Below are positions 26,372 through 34,806 of a stretch of DNA of 44,861 nt, in pieces (the stretch's first letter is position 1; each line of letters begins with the position of its first letter). The stretch is taken from assembly GCA_964450265.1 (NCBI GenBank), contig CAYVCY010000003.1:1-44861 (forward strand), given 5' to 3'. Both the position numbers and the translations under genes were made by a program. Source of the stretch: an uncultured Clostridia bacterium (lineage in GTDB: Bacteria > Bacillota > UBA994 > UBA5500). The notes under the pieces were generated by a model. That model made no database searches, had not been told where the DNA came from, and was given only the letters and a program-made list of their open reading frames with translations.

Positions 26372-27685
26372 ATGCTGATAGTGCAACGGGTGCATCCTGG
26401 CCCGCTGGCCGGTTGCCTGAAACCACCGCCGGACAAATCCATTTCCCATCGAGCCTTGATACTGGCCGCATTGGCCAGCAGAGTGAGCCGCATCAGCAAC
26501 CTACTACAAGCTGAGGACTTGTTCGCCACCTGTCGCTGCCTGCAAGACCTGGGAGTGCCTATCGAACGCAGGGGAGAAAGGGTGTGGGTGCAGGGGATGG
26601 CGGGGCAGTTCAGTCAGCCTCGCCGCCCCCTGCAGGTGGGGAACTCCGGCACCACCCTGCGCCTATTGACCGGCATGCTGGCTGGCCAGCCGTTACAGGT
26701 GTTGCTAACAGGAGATGGTTCTTTAAACCGCCGCCCTCTGCAGCGGGTGCTACAACCTTTGCGCCAGATGGGTGCGCAAGCCTTCTGCACTGCAGCCGGA
26801 GCTGCCCCGGTGTTACTGCTGGGGCAGAAGCTGCGAGGGATCTCCTATCGGCTGCCGATGCCCAGTGCGCAATTGAAATCGGCGTTGCTACTGGCCGCTT
26901 TGCAGGCGGAAGGAGAGACGAAGATCATTGACCCAGTACCCTCCCGGGACCACACTGAGCGGATGCTGACCGATATGGGTGTCAGTCTGATCAGACAAGA
27001 GGGCGCGATCAGCCTGTTTGGCCCCCAGCGCCTGTCGGGGCGGGATATGGTCATTCCCGGAGATATCTCCAGTGCCGCACCGCTGATTGTCGCTGCTGCC
27101 ATCTCTCCCGGCAGTGCACTGAAGGTTGTTCAGGTCGGACTGAATCCAACTCGCACTGGCCTGATTCATGTCCTGCAGCGAATGGGCGCGGATATTCGGT
27201 TAAAGGTCACTTCGGGCGATTACAGCGAGTGCCAGGGTGAGATACTGGTGCGATACAACGGCCGGCTGCGGGCCACCGAAGTCGTGGCCGAGGAGATCCC
27301 CCTCTTGATCGACGAGGTGCCGTTGTTGGTAGTGGCCGCATGTTTAGCCCAGGGTACAACAGTCATTCGAGGTATCGGTGAATTGCGGGTGAAGGAGAGC
27401 GATCGGGTGGAAGGTATTGTGGGGCCACTGCGCCGGATGGGGGCAACGATTGCGGTAACTGGCGATGTGCTGTCGGCGCGAGGCCAGGATCGGCCTTTTC
27501 GAGGACATCAGGTGCTGCCTGCCAATGGAGATCATCGCCTGGTGATGGCCTTGGCCACAGCCGCCACTGCGGCTGATGGACCGGTGGAGATCAGTGGCGC
27601 CGGGTGGGTATCCATCTCTTATCCGGATTTCTTTGAACAGGTGCAGCGATTGCAGAAGGAGGCTAAACGGGGATGCGCTTTTTGA
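26372..27685 (+). CDS. aroA: 3-phosphoshikimate 1-carboxyvinyltransferase (EPSP synthase)
   Basis: PPDKSISHRALILAAL, GNSGTTLRLL, LRVKESDR motifs. Confidence 0.92.
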   Translation: MLIVQRVHPGPLAGCLKPPPDKSISHRALILAALASRVSRISNLLQAEDLFATCRCLQDLGVPIERRGERVWVQGMAGQFSQPRRPLQVGNSGTTLRLLTGMLAGQPLQVLLTGDGSLNRRPLQRVLQPLRQMGAQAFCTAAGAAPVLLLGQKLRGISYRLPMPSAQLKSALLLAALQAEGETKIIDPVPSRDHTERMLTDMGVSLIRQEGAISLFGPQRLSGRDMVIPGDISSAAPLIVAAAISPGSALKVVQVGLNPTRTGLIHVLQRMGADIRLKVTSGDYSECQGEILVRYNGRLRATEVVAEEIPLLIDEVPLLVVAACLAQGTTVIRGIGELRVKESDRVEGIVGPLRRMGATIAVTGDVLSARGQDRPFRGHQVLPANGDHRLVMALATAATAADGPVEISGAGWVSISYPDFFEQVQRLQKEAKRGCAF

Positions 27686-28821
27686 CCGCTGGAGAGTCCC
27701 ATGGACCGGCCTTGACGGCCATCATCGAAGGACTGCCGGCCGGCTTTCGACTTTCCATCGACGAGATAGACCGACAGCTAGGCAGGCGCCAGCGGGGATA
27801 TGGCAGGGGTGGGCGCATGCAGATTGAGCAGGACCGGGTGACTGTTCGGTCTGGGCTGCGGGCTGGCACCACCCTGGGATCGCCCCTGGCCTTGCAGATT
27901 GAGAATCGGGATTTTGCCAACTGGCGGCAGACCATGCATCCCATAGATCCGGTGGCCGAGCCGCGGCCGGTGGCCTGTCCCCGGCCGGGGCATGCCGATT
28001 ATGCCGCCGGTTTGAAGTATGGGGTTCGGGATCTGCGGGACGTGTTGGAGCGCGCTAGTGCCCGAGAGACCGCTGCCCGAGTGGCGGTGGGGGCAGTGGC
28101 GCGGCAGCTGCTGGTTTCTTTGGGAGTGAGTGTGCACAGCCGGGTTACGGCCATCGGGGGAATAGGCACCCCTCCGGAACTGCCATGGGACGACGAAGCC
28201 AGCGAGCAGTCCCCTTTGCGCTGCCCTGATTGCGATATTTCCCGGGAAATGTCGAGAGAAGTCGAGCGGGCAATGCAGGCAGGTGACTCGTTGGGGGGCG
28301 CTTTTCAGATAGCCGTCCGCGGGCTGCCCGCCGGTGTGGGTAGCCCTATGCATTGGGATCGGCGGCTGGATGGGCTCTTGGCGCAGGCGATGATCAGCAT
28401 TCCCGCGATTAAAGCCGTGGACATAGGCGACGGCATCGGGCAAAGCCGGCTGCCTGGGTCACTAGCGCACGACGAATTCTCTGTAGTTGCCGGGGAGATC
28501 GCGCGGCAAAGCAACCGGGCCGGGGGCATCGAAGGTGGCGTGAGCAACGGCTCACCCATTTTACTCACCTGCTTTATGAAACCGATTCCCTCTATAGTGA
28601 AACCGCTGCAAAGCTTCTACTGGCAGACCAAGCAGTCGGCTCAAGCGGCGCGGGAGCGGGCGGATGCTTGCGCTGTACCGGCAGCCAGCATTGTGGGGGA
28701 GGCGATGGCTGCTTGGGTGCTCTGTGATCAGCTATTGGGGCAATTGGCAGGGGACCAGTGGACGCAGGTGGTGGAACGGATGGAGTGGCTGCGAGCGGAG
28801 CAGGCCTGGGTTGGGCTATAG
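27673..28821 (+). CDS. aroC: chorismate synthase
   Basis: MRFLTAGESHGPAL, GRRQRGYGRGGRM, ERASARETA motifs. Overlaps the aroA end. Confidence 0.92.
   Translation: MRFLTAGESHGPALTAIIEGLPAGFRLSIDEIDRQLGRRQRGYGRGGRMQIEQDRVTVRSGLRAGTTLGSPLALQIENRDFANWRQTMHPIDPVAEPRPVACPRPGHADYAAGLKYGVRDLRDVLERASARETAARVAVGAVARQLLVSLGVSVHSRVTAIGGIGTPPELPWDDEASEQSPLRCPDCDISREMSREVERAMQAGDSLGGAFQIAVRGLPAGVGSPMHWDRRLDGLLAQAMISIPAIKAVDIGDGIGQSRLPGSLAHDEFSVVAGEIARQSNRAGGIEGGVSNGSPILLTCFMKPIPSIVKPLQSFYWQTKQSAQAARERADACAVPAASIVGEAMAAWVLCDQLLGQLAGDQWTQVVERMEWLRAEQAWVGL
28237..28250. promoter_or_regulatory. perfect match to the Noc-binding site palindrome ATTTCCCGGGAAAT
   Basis: 14/14 match to the Bacillus subtilis NBS consensus, inside aroC. 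Confidence 0.45.
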
Positions 28822-28866
28822 CTGACAACGGGGGGCACTTCACTCTGAAGTACCCCCCTAGCTATG

Positions 28867-29805
28867 CTAATAGCCCAGTTTTTTGTCTACCACGTTCCGC
28901 AGCGGCTCACCGGCTTGCAGGCGTCGCAGGTTGTCTATGAAGACGGCAAAAGCGCGCTGTTCGTAGTCCGGCTGGCTTCCGGCCTGATGGGGTGTGAGCA
29001 CCACATTCGGCAGCGACCAAAGGGGGCTCTCTGGGGGCAGGGGTTCCGTCTCAAAGACGTCCAATCCGGCACCCCTGATGTTTCCCGCCTGCAGGCAGGC
29101 GATCAAGGCCTTCTCGTCCACTACCGGCCCGCGGGCGATGTTCACCAGCACCGCCGATTCCTGCATCAAGTCCAGCTCCTGGGCACCGATCAGATGATGG
29201 GTCTCTGGGGTCAGCGGGGTAGCCAAAATCACGTAATCCGATTGACTTAAGAGATCCGGCAGCCGACTGCCGTCCCAGACCTGATCCGCCCATTGATCCG
29301 GTTGGGCGTGACGGCGGGTGGCCAAGACACGCATGCCGAAGGCCTTTGCTCGCCGGGCGATGGCTTGGCCGATGCTGCCATATCCGACTATGCCCATGGT
29401 CTTCCCTTCCAGTACGTCAGCATTCGTTCTCGACCATTCCTTTTCAGCAGCGGCCCTCATGGTTGTTGGCAGTTGACGAGCTAAAGCAAGCATCAGCATG
29501 AACACGTGTTCCGCGATGGTGGTGCCGTGGATGCCGCTGGCGTTGGCCAACACAGTGTCATGGGCCAGCAGCTCGGGCACCATCAGGCGGTCTACTCCGG
29601 CAAAGGAAACCTGAATCAGGCGCAGGTGCTTGGCCCCAGGCAGCATCTCTGCCGGGTAGCGGCTGCCCCAAATCACCTCTGCGGTGGGCATGGCCCCTCT
29701 GATCTCTTCCTCTTCCTGAGTGACAGTAATGCTCGCCTTTGGGATCAACTCTTTGATGGCTGCTAATTGCTCTTCGGTCGCCTTTTGCGTGATCAGGATG
29801 TGCAT
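28867..29805 (-). CDS. D-isomer specific 2-hydroxyacid dehydrogenase family protein
   Basis: NAD fold GIVGYGSIGQAIARRAKAFGMRV; NIARGPVVDE; TPH catalytic region. Confidence 0.85.
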   Translation of the reverse strand: MHILITQKATEEQLAAIKELIPKASITVTQEEEEIRGAMPTAEVIWGSRYPAEMLPGAKHLRLIQVSFAGVDRLMVPELLAHDTVLANASGIHGTTIAEHVFMLMLALARQLPTTMRAAAEKEWSRTNADVLEGKTMGIVGYGSIGQAIARRAKAFGMRVLATRRHAQPDQWADQVWDGSRLPDLLSQSDYVILATPLTPETHHLIGAQELDLMQESAVLVNIARGPVVDEKALIACLQAGNIRGAGLDVFETEPLPPESPLWSLPNVVLTPHQAGSQPDYEQRAFAVFIDNLRRLQAGEPLRNVVDKKLGY

Positions 29806-29866
29806 GCCATTCCTCCTTGCTTCTCTGCTATGGTACAGTCTTGCTGCGACATCATTCTGGCTCTAC

Positions 29867-31858
29867 CTACGCCCAGGTCACTAGCTCCAATCTCTCCAGC
29901 AGCCGGAAGTAGCCCAGAGCAAATGCCCGGTCGCTGATTCCGGTTTCCATCTTAACCAGATGGTCTATTTCGGCCACTGTGCGCTGACCATCGGCCCAAT
30001 AGACCAAATAGGTGGGCGTTCTTCTAGCTGCCGCTACGTGCTGCTCGGTGAGAGCAGCGTACGCCGCCCGTTCTTCCTCTGTCAGCAGTTCCATCTTGCC
30101 GCGCATGCTCACCGGGCCCTTAAACAGTCTCTTTGGTACCGCTTGATATTCTGCCGGGATGTCGCAGTCGCCTGCAGCAACCGCTTGCCCACCGACGTAT
30201 CTTCGCCACAACTGCTGGGTGAGGTCGGTCAACAACTGCTGCTCTTGCTCCAGCTCCTGTTCCACGTTATCCATTTCAGCGGCACTGACAAAGCGACGGA
30301 AGTCGGACAGCTGATCCAGCCGTTGTTGCAGCAGGTAGTCCAGCTGTTCCTTTTGCTCATAGACGTGCTTGCTCTGCTCGTCTGCGCTGGCGGCGGGGGT
30401 GAGCAGGCTTTGCAGTTGGTTCAAGTAGCGGCCCCGGCACTCGGCCAGCAACCAGGGCAGCTGGGCTAGCCCCAGGTTGGCCAGGAAATAGGCATAAGTG
30501 GCGGTCATACAACCTACCCGATAGAGCATCTCCGGATCCACCTTATCCAGAGTGTCCTCGCTGGTGTGGTAATACTTGTCCGGCCATTGGATCAGCATCG
30601 GACAAGGCACTCCTACCGTCGGATCGGAGAAGATATAATGATCGCTGCCTCCTGAGAACGGAGCTGTGGTGTGCTTAAACAGCGCGTAGGCGGAGGTGCC
30701 AGCCAGGTTCTTGGTCTCTTCTGCCACCAGCCCCATGATCGCGGCCAGGACGTCGCCGACGAATGACTTGGCGGCATGGGGCGGATATTCGGCTACCAGC
30801 GGCCCCTTACAGAGCGCCTGGTTTTCACCTACCATATCTAGATTGATTGCCGCTATGATCTTGTTGAGCTGATCTTCCCGGGTGGCTAGGTAGGCATAGG
30901 TGCCGGTCATCTCCGGGATCAGCAAAATGCGGATGCTCCGCTTAGGCTTTGGCAGGGAGCCATTTTGGATCAGCGTCTGTAGGGTGCGGGCCGCCTCCAG
31001 TGCTGTTCCTACCCCGGAAGCGTTATCGTTCGCGGATGCTCGCGGATGGCAGAGATGGGCTGCCACGATAATTTCCTCGTCGTTCTCTCCCGGAATCAGC
31101 GCCGACACGTCTTCCAGGGAACCGTTGTAGCACGCAGCCTGCACTAACGCCTTGGCTCGCGGATAGGCTGGCTTACTATTATCTGCTTGATGGGCCTGCC
31201 ACATCGCGTGACATTGACGGCGTAGCCGATCGCCGGCCTTCGGTGAGAGCACAAAGCCGAAACAACGCTGCTCATGGCCTGTCCACCAGAAAGAGGTGTA
31301 CATCAGTGCATCGGGGATGTCGAATCGATGGCGAATCGGCGGGAACTCTATCAGGCGATCGCTGATGATACCGATGGCACCCTTCTTTTCTACTGCCCAA
31401 GCCCGCACCTTATTCCAGTCCCCGTCGGTAAACACCAGCTTACCCTGCAGATCCCAGTCGGCATAAGGTTCTGAGTCGTCGCCTTGGCACAACCAAACGA
31501 TATCCGCCTCTATGCCCGATGCCGGCGTACTGATGCTGCGCTGGATCAGGGACATCGGCTCAGCCGAAAAGTCTGCCAAGCACTCAGCTTGCGGAGTGAG
31601 CAGATCCAACCTGGCATGCTGACAATCCCACTCCTCAAACATTTGCTGAGTCCAGTATTCAGTCTTACCGTCGGCCGGGAAAGTAATGATCTCAGCCGCT
31701 AGACCCGAGTCCTCCAGCACTTGCCGGCAATAGATGGCCGACTGGCGGAAACCTGGGCTAGCTTGGATGCGATGGTGCTGACAGACCTCTGCCACGTGTT
31801 GAAACGCCTTCTGTCCAGAGAACTCGCGCTGGACTATTTCCAGGGTTTTTCGCAACAT
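29867..31858 (-). CDS. M28-family / DUF4910-like aminopeptidase-fold protein with C-terminal winged-helix-like domain
   Basis: AHLCHPRASANDNASG, IPEMTG, NLDMVG, YYHTSEDT metal-ligand-like motifs. Coiled-coil-like Q/E-rich insert. 663 aa. Confidence 0.55.
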   Translation of the reverse strand: MLRKTLEIVQREFSGQKAFQHVAEVCQHHRIQASPGFRQSAIYCRQVLEDSGLAAEIITFPADGKTEYWTQQMFEEWDCQHARLDLLTPQAECLADFSAEPMSLIQRSISTPASGIEADIVWLCQGDDSEPYADWDLQGKLVFTDGDWNKVRAWAVEKKGAIGIISDRLIEFPPIRHRFDIPDALMYTSFWWTGHEQRCFGFVLSPKAGDRLRRQCHAMWQAHQADNSKPAYPRAKALVQAACYNGSLEDVSALIPGENDEEIIVAAHLCHPRASANDNASGVGTALEAARTLQTLIQNGSLPKPKRSIRILLIPEMTGTYAYLATREDQLNKIIAAINLDMVGENQALCKGPLVAEYPPHAAKSFVGDVLAAIMGLVAEETKNLAGTSAYALFKHTTAPFSGGSDHYIFSDPTVGVPCPMLIQWPDKYYHTSEDTLDKVDPEMLYRVGCMTATYAYFLANLGLAQLPWLLAECRGRYLNQLQSLLTPAASADEQSKHVYEQKEQLDYLLQQRLDQLSDFRRFVSAAEMDNVEQELEQEQQLLTDLTQQLWRRYVGGQAVAAGDCDIPAEYQAVPKRLFKGPVSMRGKMELLTEEERAAYAALTEQHVAAARRTPTYLVYWADGQRTVAEIDHLVKMETGISDRAFALGYFRLLERLELVTWA

Positions 31859-32051
31859 CCTCAGCTCCTTTTGGCTATAATGTGATCAGAGAGTTCGGGA
31901 TCGGTGGAGACTATTCCTGCACCAAGGATGATTATCGATAATTCGGGGGAATGGAACTAGTGCATCAAGCCGCCTTGTGCTGTAGCCGACGGTTGGCCAG
32001 CGGTTGCGCTCTCTATCCATAAAGGACACGCAGAGTGAGGAGGCTAGCAGC

Positions 32052-32954
32052 ATGAATGCAGTAATCACCGACAGCTTGACTAAGGCCTTCATCAGCCGCG
32101 TAGGCAGCACAGTGGCTGTCAAGAACCTCTCGATCATCATTCCGGAGAACACTATCTTCGGTTTGATCGGCCATAACGGTGCCGGGAAAACCACTACCTT
32201 CATGCTCTTGAACACGCTGCTCACTCCTACAGACGGCACCGCCTTGATTCTTGGTCACGACCTGGTGAAGCAGAAGGCGCGCATTCGCACCATCACTGGC
32301 CTGTTGACCGAGGACCTGCGCCTGTACCATGAGTTAACGGTGGAGGAGACGCTCCGGTTTTTTGCCGACCTCTATCAGGTCAAGGCACCGATCCGGGAGC
32401 TGTTGCGCCGGTTCGAGATGGAAGAGTGGCGTCATCAGCTGGTGGGCAAATTGTCCACCGGCATGCGCAAGAAGGTCTCCATACTTTCGGCCTGCATCCA
32501 CCGCCCGAAGCTGTTATTCTTGGACGAGCCCTTTTCTGGGCTGGACCCGGTGGCGATGCAAGGGCTGCGCGATTTCATCTCCTATCTATTGATCGAGAAT
32601 GATCTAACCGTGATCATCTCTTCACATAACCTGAAAGAACTGGCGGGCCTCTGCCACCGGATCGGGATCATGAAAGAAGGTCGCCTGGTCACGTTTGGCA
32701 CGCTGCCGGAGATCAAACGCCGCTATGGCTTCGAGGACCACATCTTGCTGAAGGTGGAGCGAGTGCCGGCCAATCTCAGTGCTTTGGCCAGCGATATCCT
32801 GCCAGATACGTTGACTGTGCCTGATCAGCCGGAACAGCTAAACCAGGTGCTGCGCGCCCTGGTAAACCAGGGCGTGGATGTCTTGGACATGAGCAAGCAA
32901 GCGGCGGCGTTGGAGGAGATCTATCAGCGGGTTTACCAGGAGGGCAGGCGATGA
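32052..32954 (+). CDS. ABC transporter ATP-binding protein
   Basis: ATG at 32052 after GAGGAGG. Walker A GHNGAGKTT, signature LSTGMRKK, Walker B LLFLDEP. Confidence 0.9.
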   Translation: MNAVITDSLTKAFISRVGSTVAVKNLSIIIPENTIFGLIGHNGAGKTTTFMLLNTLLTPTDGTALILGHDLVKQKARIRTITGLLTEDLRLYHELTVEETLRFFADLYQVKAPIRELLRRFEMEEWRHQLVGKLSTGMRKKVSILSACIHRPKLLFLDEPFSGLDPVAMQGLRDFISYLLIENDLTVIISSHNLKELAGLCHRIGIMKEGRLVTFGTLPEIKRRYGFEDHILLKVERVPANLSALASDILPDTLTVPDQPEQLNQVLRALVNQGVDVLDMSKQAAALEEIYQRVYQEGRR

Positions 32955-34015
32955 GAGCTCTGGTCTTGTTGCGCAAGGACATCCGAACCGTGCTGCGTAA
33001 TCGGCGGGAGTTGCTCTGGATGATCCTGCTGCCGGTGATTCTGCTGGCGGTGAACATCTATCTGCAAGGACAGGCGATGGACGTCTCCGTCGGTCTGGTA
33101 GGCGACATCCAGTTGATCGCCTATTTGGAGCAGGCCGCCAGAGCAGATAACGATCAGATCCGCTTGGTAACCTATCGCTTAGGCCTCGAAGAGGCCGAGC
33201 GACGCCTGCAGGCTGGCGCAATACACGCCTACATCCTGCTCGAGCCCGACTCGGCACAGATGCACGCCAACAAAGCAAACACCGCTGGGGCGGTGGCTGA
33301 AGCCCTATTTGCCGAATATGTACAGCAGCTGAACCTGAGCTTGGCCGAGCAGAGGCTTGCTGAAACGATGCAGAGCCCCGGAGAGATACTCTCTCCGGTT
33401 CAGTGGTCATCCCATGCGGTGGGGGAACAGGTCAGCTCGACCACCCAATTGGTCTTTTCCTCGCTGTTTGTGATCATGGGAGTGCTGACCGCTCTCAGCC
33501 TCGGCCAGCAAAGTATCAGCATGGAGCGGGATAAGAAGACGCTGGTTTCATTGCGCAAGTCGCCATTGTCTGATCAGGGGATCATCTGGGCCAAATTGGG
33601 CGCGGCACTGTTTAGCAGCCTGTTGCCGCTAGCCCTGATAGCACTGCTGATCCGGTTCCTGATGCCGGCTGCTTTCCTGTCCGATCCTGTGTTCTATCTG
33701 ATCATGCTGATGGTCACCTTTAACTCCGTCTCGTTGGGGCTCTTGGTGGGCTCGTATGTGCGCGGGGCTAACGAAGGCAATGGCTGGCGTTTTGTGCTCA
33801 CTTTGCCGGCTATGTTCTTGGCCTCCTTGCCGGTGGCCTTGCCGCTCTGGGTGGAGCGCCTGATCAGCGTTGTGCCAACGCTGATCAGCGCCGAGGTAGT
33901 GCGAGAGTACTTGATTCATGGAATCAATCCCAGCACCTTCTCTGTCGGCTTCCTGTTGACCACCGGCGTCGTCAGCCTACAGCTGGCGGCCTCCCTGCTC
34001 GGCCGCGAGGAATAG
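32951..34015 (+). CDS. ABC-2 type transporter permease
   Basis: Overlaps the ATPase stop. N-terminal TM, large loop, then about 5 C-terminal TM segments. Confidence 0.7.
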   Translation: MRALVLLRKDIRTVLRNRRELLWMILLPVILLAVNIYLQGQAMDVSVGLVGDIQLIAYLEQAARADNDQIRLVTYRLGLEEAERRLQAGAIHAYILLEPDSAQMHANKANTAGAVAEALFAEYVQQLNLSLAEQRLAETMQSPGEILSPVQWSSHAVGEQVSSTTQLVFSSLFVIMGVLTALSLGQQSISMERDKKTLVSLRKSPLSDQGIIWAKLGAALFSSLLPLALIALLIRFLMPAAFLSDPVFYLIMLMVTFNSVSLGLLVGSYVRGANEGNGWRFVLTLPAMFLASLPVALPLWVERLISVVPTLISAEVVREYLIHGINPSTFSVGFLLTTGVVSLQLAASLLGREE

Positions 34016-34140
34016 GATACAGCGGGACGTGTACCTTGTATCATTCGGCACTCGAAGTATTGGGATACAGCAGGACGTGTACCTAAGATACAAGGGGAGG
34101 TGTCCCTGGTATTATGTATCGTTCGTTACTCGAAGCATAC
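34015..34140 (+). repeat. imperfect tandem duplication upstream of thiamine pyrophosphokinase
   Basis: GGATACAGCGGGACGTGTACCT (34015-34036) and GGATACAGCAGGACGTGTACCT (34064-34085) match at 21/22. TTCGGCACTCGAAGTAT and TTCGTTACTCGAAGCAT follow each copy. CCTTGTATC is complementary to GATACAAGG. Confidence 0.7.
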
Positions 34141-34164
34141 TCATATCCGAAGGAGGTGTCGCAG

Positions 34165-34806
34165 ATGGCCCGTGCCGTAGTGTTTAGCAACGGCGAATAC
34201 AGCGATTTGGGCGGAGTGAAAGCGAGACTGAGTCCCGGAGACTGGCTGATCGCAGCCGACGGCGCCTTCACCAAGGTGCTGGCCATGGGTTTGGTTCCGG
34301 ACTTGATGGTAGGAGACTTTGATTCGTTGTCCGACAGCCATCTAGAGCAGGCGGATCGACTGGGCATCCGGCGCCTTACCTTGCCGGCGGAAAAGGATTA
34401 CACCGATACCGATCTGGCGTTGAGGGAGGCTATCTCTGCCGGATATCAACAGATACTGCTGGTGGGGGCGTTTGGCGGGCGGCTGGATCATGCCGTGGCC
34501 AATCTGCTCATCCTGCCCCCCTATGTGCGCCAGGGAGTGAGCATCAGCATTACCGATGGCCAGACCGATGTCTATTTGGTGCAAGAGCACTTGACGCTGC
34601 GCCAGAGCCAGAACCGCGTTGTTTCACTGTTGCCCCTCACTGAGCAGGTTAAGGGGGTCACCCTGGACGGGTTTTACTATCCGTTGAACGATCGCACTCT
34701 GCGTTGGGGAGATTCCATCGGCATCAGCAATGTCCCTCTGCGGGATGAAGTGACGATTTGCTTGCAGGAAGGCATTCTGTTGGTCATCGTCACCGATGCC
34801 GATTAA
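34165..34806 (+). CDS. thiN: thiamine diphosphokinase
   Basis: ATG at 34165 after GAAGGAGG. GDFDS, KDYTDTDLA, GGRLDH motifs. Confidence 0.85.
   Translation: MARAVVFSNGEYSDLGGVKARLSPGDWLIAADGAFTKVLAMGLVPDLMVGDFDSLSDSHLEQADRLGIRRLTLPAEKDYTDTDLALREAISAGYQQILLVGAFGGRLDHAVANLLILPPYVRQGVSISITDGQTDVYLVQEHLTLRQSQNRVVSLLPLTEQVKGVTLDGFYYPLNDRTLRWGDSIGISNVPLRDEVTICLQEGILLVIVTDAD

Noticed and set aside
29500-29511. 12-bp palindrome GAACACGTGTTC, resembling the parS core.
   Set aside because: Only the central CACGTG matches parS. It lies inside a dehydrogenase CDS, and short palindromes of this size are expected by chance.
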